A stretch of 37,934 nt of DNA from Thermoanaerobaculia bacterium. GTDB taxonomy: Bacteria > Acidobacteriota > Thermoanaerobaculia > UBA5066 > Gp7-AA6. Below are positions 15,184 to 23,265 of this stretch, piece after piece; positions within the stretch are counted from its first letter, which is position 1; each line of letters opens with the position of its first letter. The DNA lies in contig JBBQDF010000001.1 of assembly GCA_038319475.1 (NCBI GenBank), forward strand, positions 1-37,934. The letters are read 5' to 3'. The translations under genes and the position numbers were made by a program. The notes under the pieces are model-generated. The model did not search any database, was not told the DNA's origin, and saw nothing but the letters and a program-made list of their open reading frames with translations.

Positions 15184-15500
15184 CTATCACCGCGACAATT
15201 ATAAGCCGCCGACTCCCGCCCGATGAGCCCGGAGCGCGGCCCGCACCACGGGGTCGCTGCACCGCCGAGCGGTTCGGAGTATCCCCACCCGAGCACCGAG
15301 AACAGCCGCGCGCCCGGAGATCCCATCGCGTAGTGCTTCTCGCACAGCCACGCCTCGTTTGTCGCGGCGACGCCCGGCCGAGGACATTGCTCGCAGAGCT
15401 TCGCCGCCTGGGAACACTCGATGCAGAAGGCTCCGCCCTCCGGCCTCGGGACGAGCCCGCTGCGTTGACAGTCGGCCGTCTTACACGCGCGCGCCCGCAC
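15180..15500 (-). CDS. Cys-rich small protein
   Basis: ORF-track ORF with a GTG start overlapping the cupin gene end. CxxC-type pairs are present (CKTADC, CIEC, CEQC). Confidence 0.45.
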   Translation of the reverse strand: MRARACKTADCQRSGLVPRPEGGAFCIECSQAAKLCEQCPRPGVAATNEAWLCEKHYAMGSPGARLFSVLGWGYSEPLGGAATPWCGPRSGLIGRESAAYNCRGDS

Positions 15501-16005
15501 CCCACGCCCTTTCCTGTTCGGGCGAAGCCGGCGGCCCCTCCCAGTCGAGCCCGACGGAGGTCGGGTCCATGTCGGCCCACTTCTGGATCGAGAGAAACGC
15601 TACCGTCCCTTCGGTAATCTCTCCGTGGTGCCAGTCCCGCGGGCCGATATGCACGGGTCGGGCGGACAGCTCGCCGCGCTTCCACGCCTCGACGTGCTCC
15701 GGAGCGAAGACGCGGCGGCCGTTCAACACGAGGTTCATGTCGCCGATCAGGTGAAACTCGAAGGCATCGATGTGCGGGTGGCAATGCTCGACGACGAGCG
15801 TCGGCCGCGGAATGATGACCATTTCCACCTGGAACGGCGGCTTGCGGTAGAGCGAGAGACAGACCACGTTGCCGAAGTCGCGGCCGCCGAGCGGATCCGC
15901 GGCGAACCAGTTGGCCCGCCGAATGTAGCGCCCGACGAAATCGACGAGATCCGGATCCGCACCCGCCGCAAGCTGCGCGAGGTCGGCGTATTCAGGGTTT
16001 GACAT
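15481..16005 (-). CDS. cupin-domain protein
   Basis: Start at ATG 16005 (MSNPEYADL...). VEHCHPHIDAFEFHLIGD...NG matches the two-motif cupin signature (HxH...E...G). Confidence 0.55.
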   Translation of the reverse strand: MSNPEYADLAQLAAGADPDLVDFVGRYIRRANWFAADPLGGRDFGNVVCLSLYRKPPFQVEMVIIPRPTLVVEHCHPHIDAFEFHLIGDMNLVLNGRRVFAPEHVEAWKRGELSARPVHIGPRDWHHGEITEGTVAFLSIQKWADMDPTSVGLDWEGPPASPEQERAWGAGARV

Positions 16006-16498
16006 CCGGCTCCGCGAAATCTGCAGCCGCCTGCGCGAGGACGAGCGCATCCGCTCGAGCCGTCGCCTGCGCGGCAACGATGCTCGCCACCTCCGCGGCC
16101 GACGGGAGCTTAGCCGGGTCGTCGGCTTCGATCGCGTGCTCGCGTCGCGTAACGCTGCCGTCCGGCGCTGTCTCATCCCATTCGGTCAGGAGTTCCCACT
16201 TGGCCGGCCCAAGGATGCGAATGTGGGAGTCGAGGACGTTGTAGGAGATCACTCCTGCGTCGCCCTTCGCGTCTGCGAGCGTCGCGAACTCCACGGCACG
16301 TGCATCGTGAGCGACGAGCTTCGCGGCCATGTCGGTCACGACGGCATCAACCATTTCGGCCTCTCCGGGCGTTCCGACATGGACGTGCTGATAGACCGAG
16401 CGTCCGCCATCCGGCGCGACGTTCGTCACGAATTTCACCGTGCCATCCGACAGCACGACGCGCTCCTGTTCGATCACGGCCAGCACGGTTCTTTTCAT
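15992..16498 (-). CDS. hypothetical protein (168 aa)
   Basis: ATG 16498 (MKRTVLAVIEQE...) forms a TGATG junction with the fibre gene stop. Confidence 0.5.
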   Translation of the reverse strand: MKRTVLAVIEQERVVLSDGTVKFVTNVAPDGGRSVYQHVHVGTPGEAEMVDAVVTDMAAKLVAHDARAVEFATLADAKGDAGVISYNVLDSHIRILGPAKWELLTEWDETAPDGSVTRREHAIEADDPAKLPSAAEVASIVAAQATARADALVLAQAAADFAEPDVKP

Positions 16499-17970
16499 CA
16501 GACGTAAGGGGCGGTCGAGTCGCGCACGATCGAAGAACCGTTCGCACGCGCCCAAGCGGCAACAAGGGGGTCTGAGACGCCCGAATTGGCCAGGAGATTG
16601 TCGGACATATCCAAGTCGTCAACCCACGGCGCGGCCGCGTCGCCGGCGTTGAGCATCGGTCGCGTGAGCGCGAAGTCGCACGTCCCGGAAATCTGATTGT
16701 CCACTAAGAACTCAACAGTCGCGCTCGTAAGCGGGCCAGAAATCGCCGGAAGGCCGAACGTGAACACGAGCCGCCGCCACGTCGACGAAAGCAGGGAGCC
16801 GCTGAATTGACAGGTGAAGGCCGAGCCTCCCATCGTGACGGTCGGCGAGACGTAGGCGGAAGCGATCGACGCCCCGCCGGCCCCGGTAAGCCGCGCGTAG
16901 ATCGAAATGGTCATTTTCTGTAGCGGCGCGACGAGAAGCCCGGCAAGCCCCTGCGCGATGACGCTCTGACCTGTCGCGAGCCCGCCGAGGCAAAGAATCT
17001 CACCCGTCGGCTTCCCGCCGTTCGCCCTAAACTGAGGGAAAATTGTTCCGGTGTTGTTTCGACGCCACGGGGTCCACCGCGGACGCCCGGCGGAAACCGG
17101 AAGAGTGCCCGGAGTCGGCTGCCCGCCAACCCAATCCACGATTCCGAGGCCCGCATACGCGCCGGAACCGGCCGACGTGTTGAGCGTGAAAGTCGTTGCG
17201 CCCGTCACCGTAATCGTCCAGAGCCCATTCGCTGCAAGGTTGCCCGTCACCCCGGAGATATAGATGATGTCGTTGGTCGCGTATCCGTGGCCGCCCGCCG
17301 TCGTGATCGCGATAGGCGTCGCATTGGTTGCCGCGATGATGACGGTCAAGTCCTTGAGGTTGGCATTCGCGGCGATCGCTCCGTCTGCGAACGCCGCATT
17401 GAACAGTAGGTTCTTCTGAGTCCACTTGGGTTCCCCCGTCACGTCGCCGGCCCCGTTCGTCAAAATCTCGATTGGAGTGCCCGTTGCTTGGAACGGGATC
17501 GACACCGAGCCGCCTGAACGCGAAAGAATCCAGTACGTCCGGCGCAGCGGGTTCGCGGGGTCGAGGTTCGGAATCGTGAAGTCGCTGTCCGTCCAGTTGA
17601 AGCCCGAACCGGACGGAAGACACCCGCCGCTCGCTGGCACGGTGTCGCGTTTCGTGGCCGCGCCGCCGTTGAAGGACGGCGTTGTCGGCGAAAGGCGAGT
17701 CCCGGCATCCGCGCTCCAAACTTCGTAGCCGTCCACCGTCGCGCCGCTCTCGTCCGGGGTCCACGCGAGCACCACGGCCGCCCCCACCTGTCTCGCCGTG
17801 ACGGAGTGCGGCCCCTTCGGCGAAGTCGTAGACGCCGCCGCGGCCCTCCGGACGTTCAAGTCGGCGGTGTAGGTGTCCACGATCGTTCGGATCGCCTTGT
17901 AGAGATCCGGATCGCTGTCCTTGATCGCCTCGAGCTCCGGCACGGACGGCGCGGCCGGAAGGTTGCTCAT
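16498..17970 (-). CDS. tail fibre / receptor-binding-like protein with an FN3-like segment
   Basis: ATG 17970 forms an ATGA overlap. SVTARQVGAAVVLAWTPDESGATVDGYEVW is FN3-like. The GHGYATNDIIYISGVTGNLAANGLWTITVTGATTFTL module is shared with 29097..29729. Confidence 0.6.
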   Translation of the reverse strand: MSNLPAAPSVPELEAIKDSDPDLYKAIRTIVDTYTADLNVRRAAAASTTSPKGPHSVTARQVGAAVVLAWTPDESGATVDGYEVWSADAGTRLSPTTPSFNGGAATKRDTVPASGGCLPSGSGFNWTDSDFTIPNLDPANPLRRTYWILSRSGGSVSIPFQATGTPIEILTNGAGDVTGEPKWTQKNLLFNAAFADGAIAANANLKDLTVIIAATNATPIAITTAGGHGYATNDIIYISGVTGNLAANGLWTITVTGATTFTLNTSAGSGAYAGLGIVDWVGGQPTPGTLPVSAGRPRWTPWRRNNTGTIFPQFRANGGKPTGEILCLGGLATGQSVIAQGLAGLLVAPLQKMTISIYARLTGAGGASIASAYVSPTVTMGGSAFTCQFSGSLLSSTWRRLVFTFGLPAISGPLTSATVEFLVDNQISGTCDFALTRPMLNAGDAAAPWVDDLDMSDNLLANSGVSDPLVAAWARANGSSIVRDSTAPYV

Positions 17971-20420
17971 GGCGTCCGCTCCCGGTAGGAGCCGCCCGGC
18001 TCCGGCTTCCCAAGGATCGCGACCTTCTGAAGCCCGAACCACGCTCCGACCGCGTTGGTCTGGAACTCGAGCGAGAGCCGCTCCCCGCGCGAGTCAAACC
18101 CCCACTCGATGTCCTGCGTCGGGCTCGCCGCGAGAGTCCTCGTCAGAGGAGCTGCGGTCAGCACTCCGCCGCCCGGTTGCATCGAGGTCAGACCGTCGGG
18201 CCCATACGGAACGATGGTCAGCGTCCCCGACCCCCGCACGTTGGCCGACACCTTGTCGAAGAGGTTGCGCCCGGTCGAGCCTCCGACATACGGCAGGCGA
18301 TACTTCGAGTTGATCGCGAGCCCGTAGTCCTGATGCGAAGAGTCATCCAACTGGAGGAGCTTCCCGTTGGCCGCATGGTCCGTGCCGAGCAGCAATACCC
18401 GCGTCGCGTCCGACCGCTCGCTCCACTCCATCGAGTGAAACGCCGCGGTGTCCGAGGTGCTCCACCTGTTGAATTCCGTCCCGGCCAGCGGCGAGCGCGT
18501 GTACTCGAAGATGAGGATCGTCGAAGGCGTCGTATTCGCCCCCGTCGGCGCGGAGACGAGAATGCGCTCCTGCTCCGTGTCCACCTTCACCGTAATCAGG
18601 TGCGCATAAAGCCAGTTGATACTCTGCCAAGTGGGGAGATTGTCCTCGGAGAGCTTGACGAGTTGCGCGCCGTTGAAGTACCACAGGCCATTCCTCGATG
18701 CGATCGCGACCCAGTTATCCCCGCGACCGACCCCATTGGGACTCAGCGTCCCGACCGTCTCGGAGATCCTCGTCACCGGCCAGTCCGCGGGCTCCGAGCT
18801 CCCGTCGTCGCGCACCGAATAGAGCGAACGGTCCTTCGTAAAGTAGTAGTGGGAGCCGATCTGGAAGCCCGCACCGTTGATCCGCTGCCCGTCACCGACG
18901 CCGACGTTCAGAAACCCGGTGAGCCCGTCGAACTCCTCCGGCGATTGCGCCCTCGAAACGCGCACCCGTGACGCAGAAGTGTCGCCGACGATCGGGTAGA
19001 GCTCCACGTCATCGACATAGAGAATCCCCGTGTTCGTGATCGCGGTGCCCTGGAATCCCGTGCCGCCGCCCGATATGCGCAACGTGTGGGTCGTGGCGAG
19101 CGTATTGTTCACCGCCGAGATCAACGTGCCAGAAAACCATCGCCACTCCGTCGAGACGAGTTGCGATGCCTGGACGAGGAAGCCCGCCCCGACGCCCGTC
19201 GATCCGTTCGCGGCAGCCGAATCGGCGACGTAGAAGTACATATCGCCCACGATCGCCGCGGCCGATTTCGCCATCCGAACCCGGATACCGATTGCGACAC
19301 CTGGGGGGATGAAGGGCGCTAGGAACGCCTTGTTCTGAATCGCCCCGGCCTGCGTGCCGCCCGCGTTGCCCGTGACCTGAAACGCGTCGCCGACTTGGCC
19401 CGTGATCCCGGCCGCCTTCGCGCCGCCCGTGACAAGTTGCGTCCAGCCGTTTGGCACATTACCGATGAATCCGCCGCCGAAACTGCCGTTTAGAAGCCCG
19501 ATGTCGCGGTTCTTGATGAACGCCGCGCGTTCCCCGGTCGCCAGGATCCGGCCGTTGTAAAACCCGAATGCCGCCTGCGCGGGTAGTTCGATCAACGCCT
19601 GCCGGTCCGTCGTCGGATCGTCCAGCGTCGAGAGCCGGACGCCGTTGACGAGCGCCGAGTCGGCGAAGTCGATGTCCACCGTCGTCGTCGTGTTGTCGTT
19701 AATCACCATCGTCGTCCCGGCGAGGTAGTAGTAGTCGGCCGAGCATTCCGGGGTGAAGGACACGATGCGGCCGACGACGTACGCCGGGCCCGTCGGGATC
19801 GCCGCGACACGCGCCGCGGTGGCGGCCCCGAACGTGAAGGAGACGGCGGGCGACGGCTGCGTGATGTAGCCGGACCGCGTAATGAACGAGACGCGGATCG
19901 AGTGGACACCCGCTTGGATCGAGCCCGCGATCGGCGCGGAGACGGTTGGAGCAATCCCCGGCCCGCACGGGGCGACGGGATCAAGGTTCACGTCGTCAAA
20001 CTGAAGGGGCCGCGAGACCCCGACGTTGCCGTTCGTGCCGAAACCCATGAACTCCCGCCCGTAGGCTGTGACGCTGTTCATCTTCGTGTTTGCCGCGACC
20101 GCCGACTCCACGATCAGGGAAGAGACCGAGGCGAACGTCCAGGCGGTCGTCTCCTTCCAGAGCGTCCCGGCGTCGGTGAAGGCGAGAATGCGCCGCGTCG
20201 CGAGGTCGAGCGAGACGAATTCCTTCAACGAAACGATCTTGCCCGCGAGAGTCGCACGCGAGGTCAGCCCCGGCCGGGAAGACACCAGGACTGCCGAGAA
20301 CTGCACGTTCTGACAGGCCGGGCTCTTCCCGGGCGGAATGTTCTGCACATTCCCCGACGACGTGTACTCGCCCCCGAATTGCTCGAAAGCAACCGGACGG
20401 CTCTCAGGAACCGCGGGCAT
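17967..20420 (-). CDS. large tail structural protein (817 aa; nozzle/tubular-B-like by size and position only)
   Basis: ORF-track ORF with a TAGATG junction. Its position after a ~200-aa adaptor-like gene resembles a podovirus layout. I recognised no motif. Confidence 0.55.
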   Translation of the reverse strand: MPAVPESRPVAFEQFGGEYTSSGNVQNIPPGKSPACQNVQFSAVLVSSRPGLTSRATLAGKIVSLKEFVSLDLATRRILAFTDAGTLWKETTAWTFASVSSLIVESAVAANTKMNSVTAYGREFMGFGTNGNVGVSRPLQFDDVNLDPVAPCGPGIAPTVSAPIAGSIQAGVHSIRVSFITRSGYITQPSPAVSFTFGAATAARVAAIPTGPAYVVGRIVSFTPECSADYYYLAGTTMVINDNTTTTVDIDFADSALVNGVRLSTLDDPTTDRQALIELPAQAAFGFYNGRILATGERAAFIKNRDIGLLNGSFGGGFIGNVPNGWTQLVTGGAKAAGITGQVGDAFQVTGNAGGTQAGAIQNKAFLAPFIPPGVAIGIRVRMAKSAAAIVGDMYFYVADSAAANGSTGVGAGFLVQASQLVSTEWRWFSGTLISAVNNTLATTHTLRISGGGTGFQGTAITNTGILYVDDVELYPIVGDTSASRVRVSRAQSPEEFDGLTGFLNVGVGDGQRINGAGFQIGSHYYFTKDRSLYSVRDDGSSEPADWPVTRISETVGTLSPNGVGRGDNWVAIASRNGLWYFNGAQLVKLSEDNLPTWQSINWLYAHLITVKVDTEQERILVSAPTGANTTPSTILIFEYTRSPLAGTEFNRWSTSDTAAFHSMEWSERSDATRVLLLGTDHAANGKLLQLDDSSHQDYGLAINSKYRLPYVGGSTGRNLFDKVSANVRGSGTLTIVPYGPDGLTSMQPGGGVLTAAPLTRTLAASPTQDIEWGFDSRGERLSLEFQTNAVGAWFGLQKVAILGKPEPGGSYRERTP

Positions 20421-20843
20421 CTAGCGCAGAAGGTCGAACCAAACCATGACCTTCACGGTGTCGCTCGTCACGCCCGCGACGTACGTCGCCGCGGTGTGCT
20501 CGGCGAGCAGAGTGTTCGTGCCCACCGTCTGCTCGACGAAGACCTTCACTTTGCCGGCCGAGCGCGACGCGGCCGAATGCGTGTACGCATAGCCCGCCCC
20601 CGTCTCGCCCGTGACCAAGACCATGCGCGGCGGGACCGTTCCGGGAATCTGGAGTCCGTTCAGGTTCAACGTCTCGCCCCCAGTCGGGTACGAACCGGAG
20701 AAGACGAGCGTTCCCGACATGATGACGAACTTTCCATGCGTCGAGACGCGGTTGACGGTCAACGCGACCGCCGCGTCCGCCGGCCGCGGCGCGACGGCAA
20801 GCAGCCCGAGAGCGAGAGCGAACGGGAGCAGGAACCTCTTCAT
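20421..20843 (-). CDS. signal-peptide protein (140 aa) inside the tail module
   Basis: MKRFLLPFALALGLLAVAPRPADA|AV is a Sec-type signal peptide. A strong SD (AGGAGG) precedes ATG 20843. Confidence 0.6.
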   Translation of the reverse strand: MKRFLLPFALALGLLAVAPRPADAAVALTVNRVSTHGKFVIMSGTLVFSGSYPTGGETLNLNGLQIPGTVPPRMVLVTGETGAGYAYTHSAASRSAGKVKVFVEQTVGTNTLLAEHTAATYVAGVTSDTVKVMVWFDLLR

Positions 20844-20856
20844 CGAGACCTCCTAA

Positions 20857-21519
20857 TTAACGGTGTGCCGAACTGAACGGAATGCGCCGTCCCGCCTTGT
20901 ATTGAGCCCTGTTCACGTGTCTCCGCAGGAACCGATTCGCCTGCTTCTCGTACTGGCCCGACAGCCGATCGCCGAGAGAATTCGAGCCGCGCGAATACGC
21001 GCAAGCCGCCGCCGTGAAAGTCGCCAGCACGTTCAACGCGCCGCCGATTAAGATCGGATCGGTCCCGGTCGTGAAGATCGCCAGCCTGGACTCGTACTCG
21101 AGCCGGATGTCCGTCGCGACCGTCGCCGCCTGAATGTTGATCCGGTTCTGATACCAGCCCCACGTCCCGCGCGTGCTCATGGGCGTTACGTCGGACAGCG
21201 GGACTTCTTCGGCCTCGTCCATTTCGACGAACTGGTCCGTCGTGCCCGTCGCCCGCTCCTCGAGCCCGTACGGCAGGATGAAGTCAGCCGGCAGCGCGGG
21301 CGTCGAGGAGCCGTCCAAGAAGAGAACGCTCGCGCCGACGTTGGACAGCACGACGCTCGAACGGTTCACCCCGGCCTGGTTTGTCGAGAGCCGCTCCTGA
21401 AGCTCCAGATACGCCTCGTTGGCAAGCGGCAGCATGGCCGTCGCGTCCCACACCGCGCCCTCGCGGTCCCCGACCTTCGCTTTCGCTAGCGCGACGAGAT
21501 CCGAATAGAGGTCGGCCAG
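20857..21519 (-). CDS. adaptor/tail-tubular-A-like structural protein (220 aa), apparent CTG start
   Basis: The track ORF starts at GTG 21453 (VWDAT...). The same frame is open upstream to TAG CGG CTG and encodes LADLYSDLVALAKAKVGDREGAVWDATAMLPLANEAYLEL, an N-terminal pattern I associate with phage adaptor/tail proteins. It contains no ATG/GTG/TTG. Confidence 0.5.
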   Translation of the reverse strand: MADLYSDLVALAKAKVGDREGAVWDATAMLPLANEAYLELQERLSTNQAGVNRSSVVLSNVGASVLFLDGSSTPALPADFILPYGLEERATGTTDQFVEMDEAEEVPLSDVTPMSTRGTWGWYQNRINIQAATVATDIRLEYESRLAIFTTGTDPILIGGALNVLATFTAAACAYSRGSNSLGDRLSGQYEKQANRFLRRHVNRAQYKAGRRIPFSSAHR

Positions 21520-21522
21520 CCG

Positions 21523-22251
21523 CTAGCCTTTGGCCTTTCCGGGCTGCGCGAGCGGCTGGATGAATCCGCGATCGAGCCCGCGCGTCTCCTCCGCGTCGTC
21601 CAACGCGCCCATGTCGTACGCCTTCTGCCAGTCGAGGACGTACCGACACTGCGCACACCGCACCGCGGCCGGATCGTTCTTCGCTTGACACGCTCCGCAG
21701 ACCTTCACCGTCGAGATCACCCCGGCCCACTCCTTCGTGATCCCGAAGTAGTCCGCGAACCATCGCGCGTGATCGCCCACGTCCCGAGGATTCTTCCCGC
21801 GAGCCCACCGCTTGTCCGCCTCGAGGATCTCGGTGCGGCCGTACTCCTCGAATCGCTCCCGACACGCCGCGAGATCCTCCGCGGCCGGCCCCTCGTCCGC
21901 ATCATCCCCTACGTAAAAGACGCCGCGGTCCTGCCCCATCGAGGAGAGTAGATCCATCGCCCGCTGCTTCGCCGACACGATCACCGGCTCCGCCTGCCCG
22001 TTGCCGAAATCCTTGAACGCGTTGTAGCCCTTGATCGGCACGAGGATAAACGGCTCATAGGTTCCGTCCTTGCGACGCGGACACGCCGGGATCTCCATGT
22101 TGCCGCCCTGGTCGTGCCGGCGGTACGGACTCCACGGCGAGATCGAGCAGAGATACGCCGTCTCGCCTTCGAGCCGCTCCGCCTGCTCGTCCGAAAGCGT
22201 CCCCACCATCCGGTTACGCGTGTCGATTCCACCCATCGGCTGAAAAGCCAT
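21523..22251 (-). CDS. hypothetical protein with a C-terminal zinc-ribbon (CGAC...CAQC)
   Basis: ORF-track ORF with a TAATG junction to the upstream gene. Confidence 0.55.
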   Translation of the reverse strand: MAFQPMGGIDTRNRMVGTLSDEQAERLEGETAYLCSISPWSPYRRHDQGGNMEIPACPRRKDGTYEPFILVPIKGYNAFKDFGNGQAEPVIVSAKQRAMDLLSSMGQDRGVFYVGDDADEGPAAEDLAACRERFEEYGRTEILEADKRWARGKNPRDVGDHARWFADYFGITKEWAGVISTVKVCGACQAKNDPAAVRCAQCRYVLDWQKAYDMGALDDAEETRGLDRGFIQPLAQPGKAKG

Positions 22252-22952
22252 TACCCGAACCCCTTTCCGTCGGAAGCCGGGATCCCCGGCACCTGACTCA
22301 CAAACCGCTGGCCGTGGAACGGCAGAACGCTGTCGTTCACCATGTCGTCGGCCATCGCGTCAAACTTCTTCTCCTTGCGCGCCTCGACCGCCTCGAGCCC
22401 CGCCTTCTTTTCCGAGTGCGTCCGGTTGCGCGACCAGTCCACGAGCCGGACGAGCTGATCCACCGCGACCGGCACCAGCGGGAAGAACTGCCGCTTGTCG
22501 TCCTCCATGCACCGGACCTGCTCGTACTCGCCGCGCGCCGGATACGGCCCGAGCGACTCGAACCGAGTGAACCCCTCGTAGACTTCCGTCGTGCGCTCCC
22601 ACGCCTCCGGGCTCATGTCGGGCTCGCGCCACTGCTCCAGATGCCACCGCTCGAATTTCGGCCAGTACTTCGGCTCCATCCTGTATCCGAGGAAGCCGTC
22701 CGAGAACCGGCCCCCGATCCACGTCAGCCGCTTCCAGCCCCACACGACGCGAAACCGAGGCTCCCCGTACGGATTCATCCCGCCCAGGACCGCTAAGCTG
22801 CGCTCCAGGGCCGGATCAAGGTACGGACCCTCGTAGTCGCGGCCGGGATAAGCCACGCCCGGCAGACGCTTATCTGACTGCGCTTCGATGAAACGCGCGG
22901 TGCGCGCGCCGATTAGCTTCGGCGAGCGAAAGCCCGGCCGCGGCGTCGGCAT
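22251..22952 (-). CDS. hypothetical protein (233 aa)
   Basis: Start taken at ATG 22952 (MPTPRPGF...). The longer track version overlaps the opposite-strand HNH gene. Confidence 0.55.
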   Translation of the reverse strand: MPTPRPGFRSPKLIGARTARFIEAQSDKRLPGVAYPGRDYEGPYLDPALERSLAVLGGMNPYGEPRFRVVWGWKRLTWIGGRFSDGFLGYRMEPKYWPKFERWHLEQWREPDMSPEAWERTTEVYEGFTRFESLGPYPARGEYEQVRCMEDDKRQFFPLVPVAVDQLVRLVDWSRNRTHSEKKAGLEAVEARKEKKFDAMADDMVNDSVLPFHGQRFVSQVPGIPASDGKGFG

Positions 22953-22998
22953 CGCGTGACTTCGAAAAAGTTTAGACAGCCTTAAACTCCAAGCTTCC

Positions 22999-23265
22999 CT
23001 GAGAGTCCGAGCGAAAAGAGCGGGCGCAGCCGGCTCCCACACCGTCGCGGAGTGGAAAGCCGTACTGCGCCACTACAAACGTCGCTGCGTCTACTGCGCC
23101 GTGAAGTTGACCAACCGCACGGTCAGTCGAGACCACAAGGTGCCGCTCGCCAAAGGCGGGACCAACAGCATCCGGAACATCGTCCCGGCCTGTCGCTCCT
23201 GCAATTCCGCGAAGCACGTCATGTCTCACGACGAATTCCTAAAGTACAGAAAACACGGTCATTAA
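22999..23265 (+). CDS. HNH endonuclease (free-standing), apparent CTG start
   Basis: Hand translation: ...HTVAEWKAVLRHYKRRCVYCAVKLTNRTVSRDHKVPLAKGGTNSIRNIVPACRSCNSAKHVMSHDEFLKYRKHGH*. This carries CxxC...DH...N...CxxCN, the HNH signature. It is missing from the track because the only canonical start (GTG) lies after the first CxxC. CTG 22999 is the only common near-cognate start upstream. Confidence 0.65.
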   Translation: MRVRAKRAGAAGSHTVAEWKAVLRHYKRRCVYCAVKLTNRTVSRDHKVPLAKGGTNSIRNIVPACRSCNSAKHVMSHDEFLKYRKHGH

